DNA from: Gemmatimonadota bacterium
GTDB taxonomy: Bacteria; Gemmatimonadota; Gemmatimonadetes; Palauibacterales; KS3-K002
DNA: 64,000 nucleotides
Direction of reading: 5' to 3'
NCBI GenBank assembly: GCA_039586795.1
Contig: JBDHJS010000032.1
Coordinates: forward strand, 13,566 to 77,565
Shown: in pieces, positions 57,685-64,000 of the stretch
How positions within the stretch are numbered: the stretch's first letter is position 1
Layout of the letters: every line of letters begins with the position of its first letter
The notes under the pieces: model-generated
The model's input: the letters and a program-made list of their open reading frames with translations, nothing else
Told to the model about the DNA's origin: nothing
The model's database searches: none
Made by a program: the position numbers and the translations under genes

Positions 57685-58266
57685 TTACGGGATCAGATAT
57701 ACGAGAGTGAAGATCACAATCCAGACGACGTCTACGAAGTGCCAGTAAAGCCCCGCGATCTCCACCTTCAACGTGTCCTCTTTCCCTATCTTCCCTCGTA
57801 GCGTTTGGATCCACAGAGTGAGCAGCCACAGCACGCCGACCGAGACGTGCGCGCCGTGGAAGCCAGTGAGAACGAAGAACGAAGAGCCGAACACGTTCGT
57901 CTTAATCGTTAATCCCTCGTGAACGAAGTGCGTGAACTCGTACGCCTGAAATCCGAGGAATCCCAGTCCGAGAATCACCACCGCCATGAGCCATACCAAA
58001 GCGCCCGAACGGCTGCCGGCTTGCACCGCGTTCAGAGCCAGAACCATCGCCAGCGAGCTCATTAACAGCACAAAGGTGCTTACGCTGGTGAGCGGTATGT
58101 TCAGAACATCGTGCGGGTACGGTCCGGCGACGGACGCGCCCTTGTACACCATATAGGTGGAGATCAAGCTGCCGAAGAACAACGTTTCAGAGCCAATGAA
58201 CGTCCAGAAGCCCAGCTTGACGTTATCGAGGCCCGTTGCGGTCGGTGGATGATGAGCGATCGCCAT
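57685..58266 (-). CDS. ctaE: Cytochrome c oxidase subunit III
   Basis: FIGSETLFF, TGFHGAHV and LYWHFVDVVW. Confidence 0.95.
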   Translation of the reverse strand: MAIAHHPPTATGLDNVKLGFWTFIGSETLFFGSLISTYMVYKGASVAGPYPHDVLNIPLTSVSTFVLLMSSLAMVLALNAVQAGSRSGALVWLMAVVILGLGFLGFQAYEFTHFVHEGLTIKTNVFGSSFFVLTGFHGAHVSVGVLWLLTLWIQTLRGKIGKEDTLKVEIAGLYWHFVDVVWIVIFTLVYLIP

Positions 58267-58284
58267 GTCTATTCCTCAGCTAGT

Positions 58285-60141
58285 CTAATCTCGAAAGGCC
58301 GGTTGAAACGCCCAGCTGTAAATAAAGACCGCCGTCAGCGCCAAGCCGATCAGGGGTACCCACCAGATCCGTGTCATCACGAGGATCCAGGTCAGGTTGA
58401 TGCCCAGGGCAGTCAGAATCGGCCAGATCGACGGGGACGGCATCACGGGCTCTTCAGCCGGCGCGTGACTGTCCATCAGCGCGCCAGCCGCCCACATCGG
58501 TTCGCGGCTGCTCACCAGCGGAATCTCGGCGAAGTTATAGTGCGGCGGCGGCGAGCTGGTCGACCACTCGAGGGAGGGTGCACCCCAGGGGTTGGCGCCA
58601 GCGGCGACCCCCTTATAGCAACTGCGAACCAGGTTGATGATGAACAGCAAGCTGCTGAGCCCGAAGATGAACGCACCGATCGTAGACGCCATGTTGTAGC
58701 CGCTCACACCGAGCTCGGCCGGATAGGTGAAGACGCGCCGCGGCATACCGAACAAGCCGGCGAAATGCATCGGGAAGAACGTGAGGTTGAAGCCTATGAT
58801 GAAGGTCCAGAAGTGCCACTTCCCGAGCGTCTCGCTCATCAGGCGCCCGGTAACCTTGGGGTACCAGTAATAGAAGCCGGCAAACAGGCCGACCATGGCG
58901 CCGCCCACGATCGTGTAGTGGAAATGCGCAACGACGAAGTAGGAATCGTGCTGCTGAAGATCGACGGGCGCCGACGCGTGCATGATCCCCGAAAGGCCGC
59001 CGACCGTGAATATCGCGACGAGGCCGACGGCGAACAGCATGGCTGTAGTGAAACGAAGCGATCCGCCCCACATCGTTCCGATCCAATTGAAGATCTTCAC
59101 GCCTGTTGGAATGGCGATGATCATCGTGCTCGCCACGAAGAAGGAATCGGCGATCGGTCCCAGCCCCGAAGTGAACATGTGGTGGCTCCAGACGCCCCAA
59201 CCAATGAACCCGATCAGGATCCCCGCATACACAACGACCGGATAGCCGAACAGTGGCTTGCGTGAGAACGTCGGGATGACGTCGGAGATGATGCCAAACG
59301 ATGGGAGAATCAGAATGTAGACCTCGGGGTGCCCGAAGATCCAAAACAGGTGCTGCCAGAGGATCGGGTCTCCACCGGCGATCGGCACGAAGAAGTTCGT
59401 CCCAAAGAACCTATCCGCGGCAAGGAATATGAGCGCCACCGCGATCACCGGGATCGCCGTCGCCAGAATCCAACTCGTGACGAACGTCATCCAGGTGAAC
59501 AGCGGCAGGCGCATAAGCGTCAGGCCGGGAGCGCGCAGGTTGATGATCGTCGTGATGAAGTTGATCGCACCGATCAGCGAGCTGACACCCACGATCGACA
59601 GTCCGATCACCCAGAAGTCTACGTTGGGACCGGGCGAAAACTGCGTAGACGTCAGGTTGGCATAGGCGACCCAGCTGGCGTTCGGCGCCGCTCCGAATAG
59701 GAAACTAGAGTTGAGATAGAGGCCGCCGAAGAGGAAGATCCAAAAAGAGAGCGCGTTAAGGCGCGGAAACGCCACGTCCCGCGCGCCGATCTGCAAAGGA
59801 ACGATGTAGTTGAAGAACGCGACCGCCATCGGCATGGCCACCAGGAAGATCATCGTGGTGCCATGCATGGTGAACAGCTGATTGAACGTCTCGGCGCCGA
59901 CGAAGTCGTTCTCCGGGACGGCGAGCTGTATGCGCATCAATAACGCTTCGATGCCGCCAATCAACAGGAAGAACAAAGCGGCGGTGCCGTACATAATACC
60001 GATCCGCTTGTGATCAACCGTCGTTATCCAGCTCCAAATCGTCGCGCCCAAACCTCGCGGATCGGTGTAGAGCGCGGCGGCGCCGTGCCCCTCGAGATCC
60101 CCGTTCGCGCTTGTGCCCGCGCTAGCAATGTTGTCGGCCAT
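58285..60141 (-). CDS. ctaD: Cytochrome c oxidase subunit I, type A1
   Basis: TMHGTTM, GARDVAFPRLN, WIFGHPEVY, WSHHMF, PTGVK and VAHFHY. Confidence 0.97.
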   Translation of the reverse strand: MADNIASAGTSANGDLEGHGAAALYTDPRGLGATIWSWITTVDHKRIGIMYGTAALFFLLIGGIEALLMRIQLAVPENDFVGAETFNQLFTMHGTTMIFLVAMPMAVAFFNYIVPLQIGARDVAFPRLNALSFWIFLFGGLYLNSSFLFGAAPNASWVAYANLTSTQFSPGPNVDFWVIGLSIVGVSSLIGAINFITTIINLRAPGLTLMRLPLFTWMTFVTSWILATAIPVIAVALIFLAADRFFGTNFFVPIAGGDPILWQHLFWIFGHPEVYILILPSFGIISDVIPTFSRKPLFGYPVVVYAGILIGFIGWGVWSHHMFTSGLGPIADSFFVASTMIIAIPTGVKIFNWIGTMWGGSLRFTTAMLFAVGLVAIFTVGGLSGIMHASAPVDLQQHDSYFVVAHFHYTIVGGAMVGLFAGFYYWYPKVTGRLMSETLGKWHFWTFIIGFNLTFFPMHFAGLFGMPRRVFTYPAELGVSGYNMASTIGAFIFGLSSLLFIINLVRSCYKGVAAGANPWGAPSLEWSTSSPPPHYNFAEIPLVSSREPMWAAGALMDSHAPAEEPVMPSPSIWPILTALGINLTWILVMTRIWWVPLIGLALTAVFIYSWAFQPAFRD

Positions 60142-60177
60142 TCAACCGTTCCATCAATTACGTTGCTGTTCGGCTCG

Positions 60178-61251
60178 CTATTCGAGGCCGGAAAGGTAGG
60201 CTGCCACCGCCTCGACCTGCTCGTCAGTCAGTCCGGTTGCTGGAAATCCTCCACCTTCCTGCGCGACACCCGGCATCTTGACCCCGGGTTTGAACTGAGC
60301 GGGATTCCGTATCCACGCCATCAGGTTGTCCGACGTCTTCTCGAGCAAGCCCGCGCCCAGCGTTGTACGGTTTCCGAACCGAGTCAGGCTGGGCCCCAAC
60401 GCTCCACGCGCGTTCGTTCCCTCGATCGCGTGACAAGCGATACAGGTGCTCCGCATGAATACGTCGCGTCCTTGGGCAGCAAGGCTGCCGGAGTCGGGCT
60501 CGGTGCTCGCGCTCATACCCTGGACCCAGGCCTCGAACTCCGCGTCGCTCTCCGCGACCACACGGAGACCCATGAGACCATGGGCAGAACCGCAGAACTC
60601 AGCACATTGCCCCATGTAGATCCCGGGCTCAGACACGGTGAACGTCAACCGGTTGATGGCGGGTGAGCCATCAGGATCTCTGACTAGAGGGTTGAGGTCG
60701 CGTTTCCCGCCCAGGCGCGGAACCCAGAATGAGTGAATCACGTCCGCCGACCACATGCGCAGATCGACCTGCTGGCCGACCGGCAGATGCAGCTCGTTGG
60801 CTGTTACCACACCCTGCTCTGGATACCGGAACTCCCACCACCACTGATGACCGATCACCTCGACGACGAGCGCGTCGGCGCTGGCCGCCGCCTGCGTACG
60901 GAAAACGGTTCGGATGGTTGGGATTGTGATGAGCACGACGACGATCGCTGCGCCGGCCGTCCAGCCGATCTCGAGGCCAAGGTGGCCACGCGTCTGCTTC
61001 GGCTCCGGCCCGCCGGGTCGCGCGCGGAAACGCAGCAAGACATAGGCGAGCACGGTCCATACGATGGCCAGGATCAGCATCGTCCACCAGAACACCGTGA
61101 TGTACAGGTCCTGGATGGCCGGCCCGAAGTCGCTGCTCGCCGGGTCAATCGTGCTCTGAGGGTATTCCTGTCCGCACCCGGCCAAGGCTAGGGCGAGGGG
61201 CAGGGCCAGAATGCTAATCAGGTTAAGAAAGCGCTGGCCGTGCCGGCTCAA
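60178..61251 (-). CDS. ctaC: Cytochrome c oxidase subunit II with fused cytochrome c (caa3), lipoprotein
   Basis: LAGC lipobox, HQWWW, DVIHSFW, CuA motif CAEFCGSAHGLM and heme c motif CIACH; TTG start estimated. Confidence 0.95.
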   Translation of the reverse strand: MSRHGQRFLNLISILALPLALALAGCGQEYPQSTIDPASSDFGPAIQDLYITVFWWTMLILAIVWTVLAYVLLRFRARPGGPEPKQTRGHLGLEIGWTAGAAIVVVLITIPTIRTVFRTQAAASADALVVEVIGHQWWWEFRYPEQGVVTANELHLPVGQQVDLRMWSADVIHSFWVPRLGGKRDLNPLVRDPDGSPAINRLTFTVSEPGIYMGQCAEFCGSAHGLMGLRVVAESDAEFEAWVQGMSASTEPDSGSLAAQGRDVFMRSTCIACHAIEGTNARGALGPSLTRFGNRTTLGAGLLEKTSDNLMAWIRNPAQFKPGVKMPGVAQEGGGFPATGLTDEQVEAVAAYLSGLE

Positions 61252-61548
61252 ACTTCCACCGCCATCGATCACGTAATCCTCGTCTGGTATTGGGCTCCCG
61301 TCTGGCTGGTGCAAACGATATGAATTCTGCCCGGGCGGTCAACCACCGGCCCGGGAGCCCGGAATCGGCCGCAAGCAGCGTCGTATACGGGCTTATCGGC
61401 GGATACCGCCCCGGGATTGAGTGGCTCTGTCCGGGATTGGCCGGCTGCCGCGACGGTCTGACACTTGAAGTTCGAAAGACTTCGACTGATAATAATGACC
61501 GCTTCGTCCCTAACTCTCGACATGTTGTCACTGGTGGTACCGTGGATC

Positions 61549-62415
61549 ATGCGCAGTAAGACTGTGGTCGCTGACCTTTGGGCTTTGACGAAGCCCGGAA
61601 TAACGCGGCTGGTGCTCGTCACCACCGCGGTGGGCGTGTATCTAGCATCGAGAGGTTCCATCGACTGGATATTGATGGCGCACGCCCTAATCGGCACGGG
61701 TCTGCTGGCTGCCGGCACTAACGCGCTCAACATGTACGCCGAGCGACGGGTCGACGCGGAGATGAAGCGGACCAAAGAGCGACCACTTCCCGCCGGCCGA
61801 CTCAATCCGACGACGGCACTGCTGTTCTCCTCAGGCATCTCGGTGTTGGGTACACTGTACCTCACGCTCCTGGTCAACCCGTTGACCGCTGCGATCGGCG
61901 CCGCGGCGCTTCTCATCTACATCTTTGCCTACACCCCTCTAAAGCGGCGAAGCTGGCTATGCACCGTGGTGGGTGCGGTGCCAGGAGCGCTGCCGCCCAT
62001 GATGGGTTGGACCGCCGTAACCGGTCGACTGGATCCACTAGCCTGGGTTCTGTTCGGCATCGTCTTCCTGTGGCAGATGCCGCACTTCTACGCCATCGGT
62101 TGGTTGTACAAGAACGATTACGCGCAGGCGGGCTTCCCGATGCTACCCGTCGTTGATGATGAGGGAGAGCGAACGGCACGCCAGATCATTCTCTACACGG
62201 TGGCGTTGGTCGTCGTCAGTCTGCTCACGACGTTCATGGGACTTACCGGTGCAGTCTACCTGGTCGGTGCGACGACCTTGGGTCTTGGATTCCTAGTTCT
62301 CGGACTCGCGCTGGCTCGAACGCGGACGGGCCTGAGTGCTCGCCGTCTGTTTCTGGGGTCGGTCATCTATCTGCCGATCCTGCTTCTGCTCATGGTGGCG
62401 GACAAACAGCTCTGA
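61549..62415 (+). CDS. ctaB: Protoheme IX farnesyltransferase (heme O synthase)
   Basis: LTKPGI, DAEMKRTKERPLP, YTPLKR, GALPP, WQMPHF and DYAQAGFPMLP. Confidence 0.96.
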   Translation: MRSKTVVADLWALTKPGITRLVLVTTAVGVYLASRGSIDWILMAHALIGTGLLAAGTNALNMYAERRVDAEMKRTKERPLPAGRLNPTTALLFSSGISVLGTLYLTLLVNPLTAAIGAAALLIYIFAYTPLKRRSWLCTVVGAVPGALPPMMGWTAVTGRLDPLAWVLFGIVFLWQMPHFYAIGWLYKNDYAQAGFPMLPVVDDEGERTARQIILYTVALVVVSLLTTFMGLTGAVYLVGATTLGLGFLVLGLALARTRTGLSARRLFLGSVIYLPILLLLMVADKQL

Positions 62416-62508
62416 TCTACGCCTTACATCACTCCGAAAAGAGACCGCCAACCCGGTAGCGGGGACGCGCTTTCACTGAGCTGAACTGAGGGTTAGCTTG
62501 GCGGGGCC

Positions 62509-62937
62509 ATGGTCTCCGTGAGCGATCTACCAGCCGTCAACGCGACACTGAATGGCATTAGTGCGATCCTTGTGATCGCGGGCTTCGTCGCGATCAAGAA
62601 CGGTCGGCGCGACCTTCACCGGCGGCTCATGCTGTCCGCGATTGGCGTCGGTGTTCTCTTCCTGGCCTCGTATCTGTACTACCATTCCCACGCGGGTACG
62701 ACGCGCTTCATGGGGCAAGGTTGGATTAGGCCAGTCTATTTCTCGATCTTGCTGTCTCACACCGTGCTGGCGGCGGTCATCGTGCCGCTGATCATAGCGA
62801 CGGTCATCATCGCTCTCCGCGGCAAGTTCACCGGCCATAAGCGAATCGCCCGAGTCACGCTTCCGCTCTGGCTGTACGTTTCCGTCACCGGGATACTCGT
62901 CTACCTGATCCTCTACCAGCTGTACCCGGCAGTCTAA
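62509..62937 (+). CDS. DUF420 membrane protein (CtaM/YozB-like oxidase accessory)
   Basis: LPAVNATLN, HRRLM, YF.ILLSH, HKRIAR and WLYVSVTG. Confidence 0.9.
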   Translation: MVSVSDLPAVNATLNGISAILVIAGFVAIKNGRRDLHRRLMLSAIGVGVLFLASYLYYHSHAGTTRFMGQGWIRPVYFSILLSHTVLAAVIVPLIIATVIIALRGKFTGHKRIARVTLPLWLYVSVTGILVYLILYQLYPAV

Positions 62938-63854
62938 GTCGCGCGAGGCGGGAGGCGCCGAGCCAGGCTGGCCCACACCACCAACGCGGCCCAGACCGCG
63001 ACTCCGACCGCCAGATGCAGTCCGCGGAGTACCGGCGTGAGACTGTCCGTTACCATCACCGCCGCCACAACGATCTGACCGATCAGCAGGCCGAGCCCGA
63101 CCCCGGCCGCTCGCGTGACCGCGGTCGGCGCTTGTTCACGTACGGCCACCACCACGGCAACCAGCGTGACGGGCAACATCAGATAGGCGAGGATGCGATG
63201 GGTCCAGTGAAGGTGGACCAGGCCTCCACCCTGTGGGATCCACTGGCCGTTGCATAGTGGAAAGCCCTGACAGAGCGGTCCGGCTCCCGTATTGGCGACC
63301 AGCGCACCGAATACGAGCAGCACAAGGCAAAGTCCAGCCGCGATATGGGCCCAGCGGCGGTAGCCGAGCTTCGTATCGCCGGCCGGCGCCTCAGCGTCGA
63401 GCAGGGCGCGCAGCCCTGCGATGATCAGCGCGGCAAGAAGCAGCGACGCGAGCACCAGGTGCAAGACGACGGTACCAGTGGGCAGCTCGAGCCACACGGT
63501 GATCGCGCCGACCATGACCTGTACGATCAGCATCACGGCTGCGGCGAGCGAGTAGGGGTACAGTCGGCGAGCGCTGAACGCTGTTTCGCCACGGTTACGG
63601 AACGCGTAGACGAGGATCACGAGGATCAGTGCACTGACGAACAACGCTGCTAACCGATGGCCGTACTCAATCGCCGTCATGAAATCCATCGGCGGAATCA
63701 GGCGACCGTTGCACAACGGCCAATCATCTCCGCACCCCATCCCGGATCCTGTGATACGCACGACACCACCGAACACGATCAAGCAGTAAGTGAAGAACGC
63801 CGTGATGAAGGTCAGCCAGGCGAAGCGCTTCAAACTCGTCTGCGGCTCGGACAT
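62934..63854 (-). CDS. ctaA: Heme A synthase
   Basis: GGVVRITGSGMGC..WPLCNG, EYGHR, a second C..FPLCNG and HWTHR. Confidence 0.93.
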   Translation of the reverse strand: MSEPQTSLKRFAWLTFITAFFTYCLIVFGGVVRITGSGMGCGDDWPLCNGRLIPPMDFMTAIEYGHRLAALFVSALILVILVYAFRNRGETAFSARRLYPYSLAAAVMLIVQVMVGAITVWLELPTGTVVLHLVLASLLLAALIIAGLRALLDAEAPAGDTKLGYRRWAHIAAGLCLVLLVFGALVANTGAGPLCQGFPLCNGQWIPQGGGLVHLHWTHRILAYLMLPVTLVAVVVAVREQAPTAVTRAAGVGLGLLIGQIVVAAVMVTDSLTPVLRGLHLAVGVAVWAALVVWASLARRLPPRAT

Positions 63855-63931
63855 GATCACTCCCGTTTTCTGTTCTAGCTGGAGGCACCGGAATATGGGA
63901 TGACGGGATCAACTAAACTAGAGGTCGTTCA

Positions 63932-64000
63932 CTCGTGCTTGTGCTTTTGCTCCTGCTCGTAATCGTAATCGCTATCGCAAGTACGACGTCGAGCACGAGC
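63932..64000. repeat. Degenerate hexamer array with the start of its inverted arm, truncated by the window
   Basis: CTCGTG CTTGTG CTTTTG CTCCTG CTCGTA ATCGTA ATCGCT, then TACGAC GTCGAG CACGAG. Confidence 0.75.

Noticed and set aside
1..64000. tRNA, rRNA, IS elements, integrases and prophage
   Set aside because: No cloverleaf, rRNA-like tract or mobile-element protein motif was recognised by eye; tRNAscan-SE and ISEScan would confirm.

Overview
A 64 kb, GC-rich, gene-dense bacterial chromosomal segment. I infer Gemmatimonadota from protein families and gene context; this was not verified by any search. It holds about 46 CDSs and no recognisable rRNA, tRNA, CRISPR array, transposase or integrase. 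In order: two paralogous membrane coiled-coil proteins flanking a degenerate multi-Hpt protein; nadE, an archaeal-looking Lrp, speE and speD; glycerate kinase and glyQS; a peptide/amino-acid catabolism stretch (NSS transporter plus a 44-aa MetS-like subunit missed by the ORF track, M50 protease, nth, tnaA, large NAD-GDH, PLP gamma-lyase, tricorn and S46 peptidases); a lipoprotein-ABC exporter-crtZ unit converging on crtYIB; carB with a short in-frame deletion; a herA-X-Y-sbcD-sbcC operon with two exported paralogs and no nurA; a DUF2723 glycosyltransferase; oxoprolinase A; and a caa3 oxidase locus with assembly genes and three copies of an unknown His-containing membrane domain. Best leads: (1) a candidate three-way-junction, kissing-loop RNA in the speE leader, bracketed by inverted heptamer arrays; (2) the NurA-less HerA/Mre11/Rad50 operon; (3) a possible carotenoid export module; (4) the triplicated membrane domain upstream of ctaG. 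All calls come from reading motifs by eye, and start codons are best estimates.
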